A stretch of DNA of 64,000 bases from Octopus bimaculoides (taxonomy: Eukaryota): positions 34,642,504-34,706,503 of the forward strand of contig NC_069005.1 in NCBI RefSeq assembly GCF_001194135.2, read 5' to 3'. Position numbers and translations under genes: made by a program. Of the stretch, positions 26,671-40,400 are shown in pieces. The notes under the pieces are model-generated. The model was given only the letters and a program-made list of their open reading frames with translations, made no database searches and was not told the DNA's origin. Positions within the stretch are counted from its first letter, which is position 1. Every line of letters starts with the position of its first letter.

Positions 26671-27929
26671 AGAAACAAAAAATATTATTGTTATTATTAT
26701 TATTATGGCTGGATTCCCACCTGGGCCGTAGCAAGAAAGTCTNNNNNNNNNNNNNNNNNNNNNNNNNNNNNNNNNNNNNNNNNNNNNNNNNNNNNNNNNN
26801 NNNNNNNNNNNNNNNNNNNNNNNNNNNNNNNNNNNNNNNNNNNNNNNNNNNNNNNNNNNNNNNNNNNNNNNNNNNNNNNNNNNNNNNNNNNNNNNNNNNN
26901 NNNNNNNNNNNNNNNNNNNNNNNNNNNNNNNNNNNNNNNNNNNNNNNNNNNNNNNNNNNNNNNNNNNNNNNNNNNNNNNNNNNNNNNNNNNNNNNNNNNN
27001 NNNNNNNNNNNNNNNNNNNNNNNNNNNNNNNNNNNNNNNNNNNNNNNNNNNNNNNNNNNNNNNNNNNNNNNNNNNNNNNNNNNNNNNNNNNNNNNNNNNN
27101 NNNNNNNNNNNNNNNNNNNNNNNNNNNNNNNNNNNNNNNNNNNNNNNNNNNNNNNNNNNNNNNNNNNNNNNNNNNNNNNNACGAGGCTTCTTATGCAGCC
27201 CCGGAAAAATCCAGCAAATAATTTCAGATGGAAAAAAAGTTATTTTGTATGATGTCACGTAATTCACACTTTTTGGATCCGCTTCAAAATATTCAACGTA
27301 AATTCCAGGAAAGAAAACTAATAGTCAAACTTTTCTGTGAAAACTAAATCAAAATAATTCTTGTAACTGTTACAGCTTAGATATTTCGTTTCTGTCTGAC
27401 TTTTAGTCACGTCACATCAGAACGCCCATTCTTGGATATTTACACAGAATGGTAAATAACGCGGGGGTAGGGTGGGGTCGAAAGGAATGAGAGATGTGGA
27501 ACCGAAAAACGAGAAGGCCACAAGTGATAGTTTCTAAATAATCTGGCAATGAAGTGGCCAACGAGGGAAGTCCTGACATGGCAGAAATAGCTGTCAAATC
27601 TATCTCGGAACACACTACTGTCTTACGCATGAAACAATAACGATTTCAACGTAGTGGACAGACATGACAGAAATAGCAGCCAAACCTTCCACTAAACATC
27701 CATGACTGTCTGTCTGTCTGTCTATAAGTATGTACGTATGTATGCATGTGAGTATGCGTGTATGTATGTGCCTGTGCTTGTGTGTATGCATGTGTTTGAG
27801 TGTACGTATGTGCGTGAGCATGTATGTGTGTGTATATATATATATATATATGTAGTATGTAGTATGTATGTATGTATGTATGTATGTATGTATGTATGCG
27901 TGTTTGCATGTGTGCTTTATGTGGACCTT

Positions 27930-28660
27930 TCTGTAGCTGTATATGGACAAAGGTTAAAAATTGTCCCCAAATTCTTATGTTTAGGAAGTACTATGAGCAC
28001 TTCTGGTCTTGATAATGAAATTTCTTATAGAATAAGCAAATCTAGTGATGCCTTTGATAGGCTTAACCATCACCTCTGGTCAAGCCATAACATACCTAAA
28101 CAAACTAAAGTTTAAGGTTTCTAACGCCTGTTCTGCCATTACTGCCCCATGGAAGTGAGACATGGCTTATTTAAGGTAAACATTTCACGCATTTAGAACG
28201 ATTCCATCAATATTGACTTTGGAAAATTCTTAGGATAAACTGGAGAATGGCAATCGGTGAAGTAGAGGTAATTGAGAGAAGTTGTAGTAGGAATGTAGAA
28301 CCGATCATTCTGCAAAATAGTTTGAGGTGAGGTGGGCATCTGGTGAGAATAAATGATGAAAGACTTCTGGAGTAACTTATGTATGGTGAGCTGGAAGATG
28401 GTAAATGGCCAGCACATAAAGCTAAAGACTGCCTTAAAACTGCTTTGACAGAGAGACAGGAATTTCAGATGTTAATTGGGACAGAGAAGTACAAGAGCGA
28501 AATAGATGGAGGAAAAAGGGTTCACACAGTGGCTGCTGGAGGTTTGAAAGAGAGAGAATGAAACAGGAGAAGATCAAGAGAAAGCTTTGAAAGAATGGAC
28601 CTGTGGGAAATGAAGGAGTATTGATTTTGTGGTTTGTAGGAGGCAATGCTTAGGTTGCGC
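27930..28660 (+). mobile_element. RTE (BovB-like) LINE RT C-terminal fragment, degenerate
   Basis: VYGQRLKIVPKFLCLGSTMS..LDNEISYRISKSSDAFDRL..LWSSHNIPKQTKV*, then HGSETW-like and LMYGEL motifs with stops. Confidence 0.8.
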
Positions 28661-29049
28661 AAGCCTTGTCAGCCTATCAAAGGAGCGACGGGAATCGAAC
28701 CCTTGTAAATTATGATACAGCTATTGCTGACAAGAGAACATGGGTAACCTGTAGAAAGGATAGCCGTTCAGTTGGAGGATTAAGAAGATAAGGTCAAAAG
28801 ATGTCATACTGTGGCACCGGTGCCTTCTGCCAGCAGCCAGCACAACTGTGCAAAACTTTGGCGGGGCTCAAGTCATATAAGGGGCTCAAGAGTCATATAA
28901 GGGCCCTACATTGCATCATCGATGACTCATTTTAAGGATTCTTTCCAGCAATGGCTTCGCCTTTTATACGAGAAAGCAGTCACTATGTGTGTAAGTATGT
29001 ATGTATGTATGTATGTATGTATGCGTGTATATATTTGTGTCTGTGTTTG

Positions 29050-29240
29050 TTGTCCCCGCCCCCAACATCGCTTGATAACCGATGCTGGTGTGTGTTTATG
29101 TCCCCATAACTCAGCGGTTCGGCAAAAGAGACCGATAGAATAAGTAACTAAGCTTACAAAGAATAAGTTCTGAGGTCGATTTGTTCGACTAAAGGCGCTG
29201 CTGCAGCATGGCCAGTCAAAATGACTGAAACAAGTAAAAG
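29050..29240 (+). mobile_element. 3' tail segment of family B SINE
   Basis: CGCTTGATAACCGATGCTGG..CGGTTCGGCAAAAGAGACCGATAGAATAAG..GTCAAAATGACTGAAACAAGTAAAAG. Confidence 0.75.
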
Positions 29241-29312
29241 AATGTGTATCTCCATTACACATATACATACATATATATATACATACGTGTACATGTGTGT
29301 TATATGCATGTC

Positions 29313-29357
<45 letters not shown>

Positions 29358-29929
29358 GTATGTTTGTGTGTGTTTAGCAAACAAAATCGCTTTTGATTTT
29401 TTTACAGATTTATATTTGAAAAAAGTACACCAAGGAGAAATTACGATATAATAGTTTTAACTAAATCAGTATTTTTTTTATAAAATGATAATCATTTCAG
29501 TAATTTCGTTCAAAGAACGTATTTTAACGATATAAAAAGTCAGGAAATATATTATTGATATTTTTGTTAATCAAAAATTACATTTTTCAATCATTTCTCA
29601 AGAAATGTTTCGATTTTTTTTTGTTTGCTTTCTGACTGAGTAAACTTTTGAGGAAAGAACATGAAAGCAAACTCATTTAAAATGTCAACAAACATCAAAG
29701 ATCAATTAATATGATATAGTAGAATATATTTCGATAGATTTGATAAATTTAGTTTACCTTGAAAGCCGAGTTTAGAAGGAAAATGGTGTGAGATGCGGCA
29801 GAAAGTGGAAGAACTGCTTCAATGGTCGTCTCTGGTTTGAGAAAACTGTCGTCTGCTTTTGAAAGGCAAAACTGGAAAAGTCCGGCTCTTTCCGTATCGG
29901 TTCAGTTCAACCAATGAGTGAGTGGTTAT

Positions 29930-30055
29930 GCATGTGAGTGTGTGTATGTGCGTATGTGTGCGCGTGTGCGTACGCGTGTGCGTGTGCGTGCGTGCGCGTG
30001 TGCGTACGTGCGCGTGTGCGTGCGTACGTGCGCGTGTGCGTGTGCATGTGTGTCA
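29930..30055. repeat. Alternating purine-pyrimidine (TG/CG/TA) tract
   Basis: Direct reading of tgtgcgcgtgtgcgtacgcg... Confidence 0.9.
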
Positions 30056-30419
30056 TGGAGCAAGAGATATAGGAAACAAAGTAGGAGAAAATGAGATAGT
30101 AATAAAAAAACGGAGCCCATAGACGTCTTTTTCCTGAGAAGGATATTATTTATTTAGAAAGGGAAAGCCGGGAAAGGTCCGGTTGTATGCGAAATAGTTT
30201 TGGTTTGACCATTGTATGTTTAATTCAGTGCGTATGTAACTGTGTCTATGTATAGGAGCGCGTGCGCGTGAGCATGATGAGGAGACCTTATCCGTCCATT
30301 GTAAATTAGTGAAGGGACCTCTCAAAATTCAAAAACTTGGGGGGTTTCAGAGAAGGGAACTCTAAATACTTACGGCTCTTCTTTGACACCCTGGGCCCAG
30401 AGCCGATGCCCATTTAATA

Positions 30420-30644
30420 GGTACTACTAAAGCAGCGCGGACCCAAACGCGCAGTCGCGCGTCCGCGCTAGCTAGTCTTGAGTGGTCGATCCTAACCCTA
30501 ACCCTATCCCTAACCCGCGTGTGCAAATGAATACATGTTTAGGGTTAGGGTTAGGAATAGGGTTAGGGTTAGGATCGACCACTCACGACTAGCTAGCGCG
30601 GACGCGCGACTGCGCGTTCGGGTCCGCGCTGCTTTAGTAGTACC
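30420..30644. mobile_element. MITE with 97-bp TIRs and internal telomeric repeats; Mutator-like by TSD length
   Basis: TIRs 30420-30516 and 30548-30644 (3 mismatches); perfect 9-bp TSD CATTTAATA (30411-30419, 30645-30653). Confidence 0.9.
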
Positions 30645-31859
30645 CATTTAATAAATACAACCTTCCCCCCTTTTAGGCCCGGACAACAAATGTTGAAAAA
30701 AAGTATCTACAAAATGACTGAAGTCAAAATATTACACAACGACTTTTCATGTTAAACCTTTGAAAGAAATAAAGAGTGAAATCAGAAAATTTGAGAAAAA
30801 GGGAATTTAGAAAACTGTTAGCCATCAAGTTTTCCTTTCACACGTACAAATACACGCACGCACACACACACACATATAGCTTCTTGTGTGCACGGGTACA
30901 CATACATTTTTCCATATCTATTAGCAATGCTTTATTACAGTACCTCTCCCTTTCTATCTATCTATCTATCTATCTCCCATTTTGTTTCCCTTCTCTGTCT
31001 CAGCGCCATTATCCACATACACACATACATTCTCACTCACACATACACAGAGTGGTTGAACCGAGTGGCAGACGACCATTGAATTTGTTTTCCAGTTTTG
31101 TTGAATTTCTGCCGCACAGTTTTTAATTCAAGGTAAACTAATTTAAATTCATTGAAAAATATTCTACAATATTACATTAATTTATCTTTGATATTTGTTG
31201 ACATTTTAAATGAGCTAACAAGTTTCGTTTGCTCTTGTTCTTTCCTTTAAAATTTACTTTAAGAATTGATTGAAAAATTAATTTTTCAAACAAAACTTAT
31301 CAAAGTTACAAAATAACTTCTTATATCGTATCATTATATGAATGAAATTACTTAATCGATCATAGTGTAAAAAAAAACAAATTTAATCTAAAACATTGTT
31401 TTGTAATTTCTTTAAGATTTTTACTTTCATGTCATTTCAAGATATAAAGCTCTAAAACGAACACAGAACACACATTTCTGTCTGTTCTTCTATTTGTCTC
31501 TGTCTGTTTATCCATCCAACATTTTGTGTCTATCAACTCCTCTCTTTTTTCTGTGTCTACTTCTATCCATTTATTTATCGATCTCATTACGTGTCCCTTT
31601 ACTTACAAATCGATTGATTAATGGAGATAGAGAGTGAGAAAGTCGATGGAGACAAATAGACGGGCAAACAGGTTAACAAGAGGAATATCAGATGTGAGAA
31701 ATGGCTAATGGAACAAATATGATATGAGACGGTCGTTATCATAATTATCAAAAAGTAAACACCAGTCAAGTGTTGGGGGCCGATGTAATCGACTTACCCC
31801 TCCCCTCAAAAACTGCTGGGTCCTGTGCCAAAATCTGAAACCATTATATTTGTTATTAG

Positions 31860-32041
31860 AATCGTTAGCAGGCCGGACAAAATGCTGTGCGGCATTTCGT
31901 CCGTCTTTACGTTCTGGGATCAAATTCCGCCGAGGTCGACTTTGCCTTTCATCCTTTTGGGAACGATAAGTACCAGTGATACACTGGAGTCGATGTAATC
32001 CCCTGAAATTTCAAGCCGTGTGCCTATAGTCGAAAGGATTA
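31860..32041 (+). mobile_element. Family A SINE (with a rearranged 3' piece at ~31750-31850)
   Basis: AGAATCGTTAGC..AAATTCCGCCGAGGTCGACTTTGCCTTTCATCC. Confidence 0.75.
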
Positions 32042-32609
32042 TGTTGCAGAATCCTAATCTCTGAAGCTCAAAACAGAGATTTGAAGAAACAACGGGTTTC
32101 AGAGTGTTAGCCGAAAATAATGGCCGCTCTGAGTGTTGTGTTTTCAAACGCAATTTTATCATCGTATTTTAATTATATTTTGGGTGAATTTCGACATACT
32201 TGGTAATTGAAGTATGCTCTTTAATAATGTTCTACTTAATTCAGACAGAAAACATCCCTGAAGCATAGGCNNNNNNNNNNNNNNNNNNNNNNNNNNNNNN
32301 NNNNNNNNNNNNNNNNNNNNNNNNNNNNNNNNNNNNNNNNNNNNNNNNNNNNNNNNNNNNNNNNNNNNNNNNNNNNNNNNNNNNNNNNNNNNNNNNNNNN
32401 NNNNNNNNNNNNNNNNNNNNNNNNNNNNNNNNNNNNNNNNNNNNNNNNNNNNTTCTTGCATGAGTTCAAGCTTCCTAAATATAAGAATTGGCTGAAAATT
32501 TTTAACCTTTGTCCATATACAAACTGAACTCATGCAAGAAAAATAAACGAAACTGCTTGAACCATTTTTTAAGCATCTAAACACAATTTTAAGTGATAAA
32601 ACTTTCAGG

Positions 32610-32745
32610 TCCAAACCAAAAGTGGGTTCAGCTTTCAGAGATTTCTTAGCATCAAAGCCAATAAGTTTTTATCAACAAGGCATAAAGAATCTCGTTGACC
32701 GATGGCAGAGATGCAGAGATGTTCACGGCTCATACTTTGACTAAT
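32610..32745 (+). mobile_element. Mariner transposase 3' end remnant
   Basis: GIKNLVDRWQRCRDVHGSYFD* C-terminal motif. Confidence 0.7.
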
Positions 32746-34316
32746 CAAAACATTTCTACAGTGAATTTTTCCAGAACAAAATTGTTTCTAGAATTGACCA
32801 TCATTTTCGGAACAACCTAATAATTTCTTACTTTATTCTATAACTAGAAAATATTGGTGTAATCTAGAGCATGGGAAAAGCTGGCCCTTCATTTTCCTTT
32901 GTTGTTATTTGAGATAATTTAGGAGGGATAGTTATGGTCGGAACAGCATGATCGTTAGTCTGCTTGACCAGGGAATGGCCTAGGGCTAAGCAACAACAAC
33001 AACAAAATACTGATAATTGTAATAGTACTCATTGACTTATGAGAACCAAGATGTAATGTTACTCTGGATATTAATGGTATTGGAAAACATTCGAGTGTCA
33101 CAACTGCTTGTTTCTTCTTCAATTAAATCCAAATTGTATTTAGTCATTAAAAGAAACTAATATTAAAATCATCAAATTCTATTAGAAAACAACATCAACA
33201 AATTTTTATTTAAGCACATATGTGTGTGTCTGTGTGGCCTCGTTTTGGAAGAGGCTCACTGCATCGCTGCATGTTGTAAGAGGCAACTAAAATAGTTGGT
33301 GACAGGAGAGGCATCCAGCTGAAAAACACTTCCACACAGAAAATGTCCAACCCATGCCAGCATGGAAAAGTGGACATAAAACGCTGATAAATGAGTGTGT
33401 GTGTGCGTGTATGTATGTATATATATATATATACCTACACGTATATATATTTTTTTAAGTGTGTGTGTGTTTATTTCAAAGTTTTATTTTTTCTTGGGTG
33501 AGCTCTTCCGGATTCCAAAATACAAAACAACTCCTGTACAAAGTCTCATGTTGCTAAAATAAAGGAACAACAAACAGTTATACAAATATGTTAGTGTTAA
33601 CACCATTGTAGGATAAAAAAAAGAATATGTTTTAATTGATTATAGGTCCTAGATTAGCTTTTAAGATGTTTTGGAAAGAAATTTTTGTCTGTATGAAAAA
33701 TAACTTGTGTTTCTTGTACAAAAAATACTGTAGAATCAATCAGCTGAGTAGAGAAATGGCAGTTTATTAGCTGATAGTTTTTATTTTTTTATTTTTACAT
33801 TCTACTTTTTAAAAAACAAAAAGACATCAAGTCCAATACTTGGGTTTCTGTCGGATTCAAATTTACAAAAGTGTAGACATTGATGATGGTGATGAAAATA
33901 GCAAAATTTCAATTAATATGTCTGTGTAAATTTGGTATTGATTTGTGTATGTTTGTGTGTGTGTGCATGTGCTTGTGTTATGTGTGTGTGTGTGTGTGTG
34001 CATACATATACTTTCCATATAAAAACGTATATACACCTATATGCAGAAATATACAATCTTACATTTATAATGTTAAATAATGTCTGTGTGTGTGTGTAAT
34101 GTATGTCTATACATTCAAATTCAAATAAAAAAAACACCTACATATACAATATAATCTAATGAATCTAAATCTGGATTGTTTAAAATCTTTAATAGTGTTT
34201 TCAAAGTAGTTTTAGATTCATTATCTGAATGATATGCAGATGGTTGTAACCAGAATCTTCTGAGCACATCTGTAATATAAAGATGAATGTTAACCAGTGA
34301 TTATGATGTGAATGGT

Positions 34317-34490
34317 TCAAGAAACCGTGATGACTACTTTGTTGGGCCGTTTCAGCTGGCTTTCTCGTACTAATGCTGTTAACATGCTGTTTTCATTCAT
34401 TAATAATTGAGAAGCTTTATCAAATTCCACAATTCTACCTTGGTCTAATACCATAACACGGTCATAATCATTTAGATGAGTCAGATGATG
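34317..34490 (-). CDS. Last coding exon (HHLTHLNDYDRVMVLDQGRIVEFD...VITVS*)
   Basis: ctttccag acceptor; D.V.VLD.G.IVEFD motif; stop TGA. Confidence 0.93.
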   Translation of the reverse strand, partial: HHLTHLNDYDRVMVLDQGRIVEFDKASQLLMNENSMLTALVRESQLKRPNKVVITVS

Positions 34491-37400
34491 CTGGAAAGTA
34501 AAGAAAACATTGGATATAATGACAGAATTAAGAATCAAAAGACATCTTACCATAATACACCACACACACACCTTAAACAACATAACCAACACACACACAC
34601 ACACAGTGTTCCCACAATGCAACACTACACATCACCTTATGCAATATAACCCTATCCACAATGTAGCTGTGGTTTGAAGAAATACTTGTCAAGCTATACA
34701 CAATGCCTCCAAATCTAGACACACACACACATACACATGCACAATGTAGGAGGCACTTGCATATGTGCTTAGGAAATCTGAGTTATTTCAATGAATATAT
34801 GTTTAAATGATTGGTTTTAAAATAAATTTATGTTCATTCAATCCTTTAATAGATTCAGGATTTGAAAATAAAGTGCACTCACCAAAGTCACAAGAACGGT
34901 GGAATCCCTGAACACAGTGCGGATGAGGTCCTGAATGGTTTCCTCCATCAAGGCATCATCGTTGGTGTGTTCCTGCTCCACTATAACTATTTTACTGTCT
35001 CTCATATAAGCTCGAGCAAAACAGAAAAGCTATAAAAAAAAAAACAAGGATTACATATATTTAAGTCACCCGTATAATGAGGAATCAAACACAATGACTG
35101 TACAAGGTTGGTTTTGAACATGCGATCTTGTGGTCAATTATTTAATCTAACACCTTCATGTAATAAACATTGGCTAAAGGAACTGAACAATTAAAACATC
35201 TGAAAATCTCACCTGTCTCTGTCCAATAGTAAATTCCTTGCCTTCATGGAGGACAACAGTTTCTGTGGAGAGAAATATCACTGGTAAAAATAACCATATA
35301 AACGATAATTTCAACTGTTTGGGGTAACACAAATTACAAGCTACATCTGACAGTGTTTAGGGTAACACAGTTTAGAGGCTGGAGATAAGTGTTTGAGATA
35401 ACACAGATTATGCTGTAAGCTAGAATAAAGGTTGACCTGGGGCTAAACAACAACAGCAGATGTAAGCTTCCCTGTCTACCTTTGGCTTAATGTCCAAATT
35501 AATGAGATTCCTCTGAGTAACGAACTGCTGACTGAGACAAGTAACAGGAAACCCTCCAGACTGTGTTACATTCAATCAGCATATTTAAGTGTCAAAGTAG
35601 TTTAAAATGTCTTCTCAGAGAGCTTAAGCAAGTTAATCAGCTGTTGAAAGTACATGTAAGATCAGTTTGGAGTTTACCTATGAAGGTCAGTTTGACATTA
35701 TATATAACAAAAGGAAGGTGTGTGTGATCAGCATTATTGAAGAGTCAAGCAAAGGCAATCCTAAAAATACAACATCTCTATCAACATACCCAGTTTATGG
35801 GGAAGCTCTTGAACTGTGCTTTTCATTTGAACTGCATTCAAAGCTTCCCAAATCTCTGGATCTTTATATATGCCTTCTGGATCAAGATTGAACCTGAAAA
35901 ACAAAACATTTCTGGCATCAGCATTAACTAACTCTCTTTATGTTTGCTTGGTTTTAGTTTAATACAGGTTCACTTGATATACAAATTCATAGATTTACAC
36001 AAGTTGTTCAAACAGATATTTTAATAAAATTTGATAATGCTTGTTGAGTTTGGAATAATCTAGATTTGAAATGATGAATGAGAAACTCACCTGACTGTTC
36101 CGTCAAACATGATTGGGTCGTGGGGTACAATGGAAAGACGAGATCTCAGAACTTGGGACGGCACAACTGATATGTCCTGATAGTTTATCAAGATCTTTCC
36201 TTCATGTACATGGATCATCTTGAATAAGGATAAGATGAGAGATGATCGCCCACTCCCAGCATGTCCACAGAAGGCCACCTTGAAATATAGAAAAAACAAC
36301 AAACTGCTGTGTAACTGGCAGCAACAGAAGGAATACAAACAACCACTGTCACCCTGACTAACCACCTCTAGACTAATCATCATCACAACATTAACATTAC
36401 TAAATATAACCATCAGCATCTTCAGCATCACTCCACCTTTACATAACATACACAAACAAACAAAAGAGCTGCTGTGTGGTCACGTGACCAGCTTGGTAGG
36501 GTAATGTCACATGATCATGTGACTGACCAGATTATCAAATGTTGTTATACATCACTGGTCACAATGCACTTTGCACTTTGTTTTAGCTTTCGAATTATGC
36601 CACCCTGCTTGCTAGGTGAATGGGCCAACATTCCTCGTGATCGGAAGGCTCGTCCATCATGGGGTTATTCATTTACTGTTGTATAGACTAGAGCAATATG
36701 AAATGAAGTGTTCCCAATCCGGGAATCGAACCCACTATCTAGCAATTGTAAGTGCAACACCCTAACCACTGGGTCACACACCCTCACAGATATGGTCATA
36801 TAATCTTCTTGAAATGACACATTACCATCAAGACATACATTGTTTCTGAAAAGAAAAGACAGATGGTTGCAGGTGGAATGTTTTTGATCAAAAGTATGTT
36901 TGACCAGGAATATATATATATATATCATATCCCACAATATTACCAAACAAAGCTTTAAGCTATCCACCATCTTTATAGTAAGTCCTTCTCTACCAGTTTT
37001 TGCTAGATGTATGGAAAGGGATCACTCCCAAAAATATGATCAGTTATTACCACAGTGTAAGTCTGCAATTAACCACCTCTACCATTACCATCACAAACAA
37101 CAAGATTTGTTACCTTTTCCGCATCTTTTATAGTAAAAGTGGCATCCATAACGACGGGGCTCTGTTCAGGATCATAGTTTAAGGCAATGTGTTGAAATTC
37201 AATGTCACCAACATCTGGCCAAGACTCAGGGACCTCAATGCAATCTGTAATATAAAGACAAAAGCAAAATAACATTTTAGAATGAAGGCAAGAATGAAGA
37301 ACTGTAATTTTAAAAAAATACATAATTACTCTATTTGTTTGGCTAAATATAGTTAAAATAGCATTTCTACTTTACAAACAATAATTTAGGGAGAGAAAAT

Positions 37401-40400
37401 GATCAGCACACTTTTGCATTCTGAGTTCAAATCCATCTCATGTTCACTGTAATCATCATTCTTCCGGGGTCAATAAAATAACTGCAGATTGATATAATTC
37501 ACTGTTCTCTTTTCCGAATTGTTTGTCTATGAATGAGTTAGAAATTACTATTTTTCACTGTCTACGTCCATCTTGTCTTTATTGTCAGGCATTAAATTGA
37601 ACATTAAATATGTACAGACAGTTTGGAATTACTGAAATGAGATCTGACCGTTATGTTGAAGCACTGATCAGGTTCCAGAGCTACTTAGAAACTCTGACAT
37701 TAATTCAAGCAGAGACTTGCCAAACATTTCAAGACATTACCAGCAGCAATGTATAGAGCTGTAGGATGGCAATCAATGGTACAAGACTTCAATAAATTTT
37801 CAAACAGACAGTAAAAATGATGACACACCTGGTGGATCTACTGAAGGTGGTGTCTCACAAGCATATTCCACAACCCTCTCTAAAGACGAGATGTTGTTCT
37901 CTAGTTCTGTTGCATGACGTGCTATCATGTTCACATAAATTGGCATCTGAAATAGATAAAAATTCTACAGTGCAATGAGGGAAAAATACATCAATATTAC
38001 TTCACAGATGTACAGTAAAATAATGATAAAACCATCCAAGAAATTTCTCTACTCAAGAAGAGAACCAAAGAAATATGAATTAGCATGTATATATATTATA
38101 CAGGTCGTATATAAAGGTTTTACAGAAGAGTATTGGCTCAGCTGCCCTGAAAATTCCAGCATTTATCTCCAGATTAATGTTGGGCATCATAATGACATCA
38201 GTCACATTGTTTCTGATTTCCAATTTACATTCAGAATAGACAGTGATGTTTTGTATTTTGGTCAGTGAAAAGTTTAAGATTTCTCTAAGAACTAATATTT
38301 CATTCCCTGCATCACTATCCAGTCAGAATGCAAGAGGTTAATATTGGAAATCTGATATTAAATCCCTTTTTAATTATTCAATCAGAAACTGGATGCCAGT
38401 GTTGCATATGTGAATCAGTTACACAATTCTCCAATGCAGGTATTGTTTATCAGAAATATATAAGAGCTGACCAGTCCAGCTGGAAGGGGAATTTCAGAGA
38501 CGACTTGTAGGGGTCAGCAAAACTAACAAAGGAAATGTGAGCCTGTGATTCTACCAAAACATGAAGAAATCCTCAAATTCTACTTACCATGAGAACATTC
38601 AACATACAGAGTCCAACTAATGTGCCATTTTCTTCGTTTTGGATGGAGAAAGCCAAGCTACCAAGTGATGCCAGTAATAAAATAAGGCATCCAAGGAAAT
38701 CCTGCAATAAGAAGTTCTTGTTAGAACAAGTTAACCATTTAAGTGGACAGAAACATTATTCTGGGAAGCTTATAACCATTGTTATTACAACTGCTGAATG
38801 TGATCGACTGGCAGAATTGTTAGCACCATGGCAAAGATACATTGAGACAGTTGTTCAGACACTTTACATTCTTAGATTTAATAAAGTAAAAGATCAGTTA
38901 AGGCTGGGGTCAACTTGATTCACTTATGCCCCCAACCCACAAAAATTGCTGGCCTAATGTTGAAATTAGAAAGAGTAACACTTACCAAACGTATGGCTAA
39001 CCACCGATTCACAGCATGAATGTACAGGAAGACAACATTGAATACGTTTATTGCATGGGTGACATAACCAGTAAACCAGTACTGTACCCTGAAAATAGAA
39101 TTTAAAAACAGGCAACTACAAGTCATGTGTTCTATCAGTTGTTTGACACTGAGATACTAAAAATTAGGGACTCAACTAATTTTTAGTTTTAATTACCGTT
39201 GCATAATCATTTACACCACTCTCCCTAATTTGACTTCAGTAATTTTTAGGTTTTTGAGAGGAGAGCTAACTTACCTTGTTATTCCACTTCAAGAAAAATA
39301 CAGGTTATGATCATGTATTTTGATATATGAATGGTAAAGGACTGGCGAAATAACTAATTAATTAAATAAAAAATTAGTAATAAGCTGATAAATTAAATTA
39401 GTTGTGACAAAAATGAATAATGGAAAACATTCAATATACCTGTAAGCTCTAATTGTCCGAAGTCCACTAAGAATTTCTGAGAAATGGTTAAAAAGAGGCA
39501 GTTTGGTAAGATTCTGAAGACGATTGAGCTGTCTATAAAATAGAAGAGAAATAATTTGCTGTAGAGAGTAGATTAATGAAAACTAGAATACTTTACCAAC
39601 TCCACACACGTTGGTTTGTGTGTGTCAGTTACACTCTACTTTGCTGACAAAGTATATTCTACTCTACCTGTGTAAACTGTGGGTATGGGAGTATGATATC
39701 ACATATATACAATAATCTATACCCTTCTCATTTTCCCCATTTGTCTCTGCTGACGGAATAACCCAGAAACAGCTGTAAGACTGAATTTTTTTCCAATAAT
39801 AATAATGTATATGACTCGAGATGTTTGCCTTGTCTTAACGTTTGTTTTCCTATAGATACTGAGAGGTAATATTTATCTTTACTTAAACAAGGATGTCCTG
39901 TTACAATAAACTATAGAGCAATAAATACTACAAGAGAAACTCTCATATTGACTTTTGGTGCAAAAGGAACTCTTGTTTCTATCCCTAGTGATGTAAACAA
40001 CATTCATCATCATCATCATCATCATCGTTTAACGTCCGCCTTCCATCTTTCTCTATTATTCTTAATTGTACATCGAACACTTTAGCCGTACTCCATCCAC
40101 TTTCACTATTTCACATTTCCTCTACTCTTCATGTTTCCTCTTCGCTTTATATTTACAAAAAACTTGTTTGCAAAATAGTCACTCCTATTTTTTTACTATA
40201 AAGTCTGTCAAGTACATTAATTATTCAGCAAATACAGAGAGCAAAACTTATGGAAAGCCACTTTTAATTTAATGTAGTCCGTTCCTATACATACACACAA
40301 ACACACACACACACACACAAGCATCTACCATGCATAAACAAGCCTTGTTTGACAGGAAAGCATTAAGAAAACAGGAAAAGACTAACCTGATGGAAGGTCG

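Noticed and set aside
28690-28706. GGGAATCGAACCC / GGTTCGATTCCC B-box motifs here and elsewhere suggesting tRNA genes
   Set aside because: No complete cloverleaf; they are heads of tRNA-derived SINE remnants.
580-32614. Long ORFs of 100-350 aa in the ORF track containing X runs or YIYI/HTHT/CVCV/IIII repeats
   Set aside because: They are artefacts of N gaps and microsatellites, with no coding signal.
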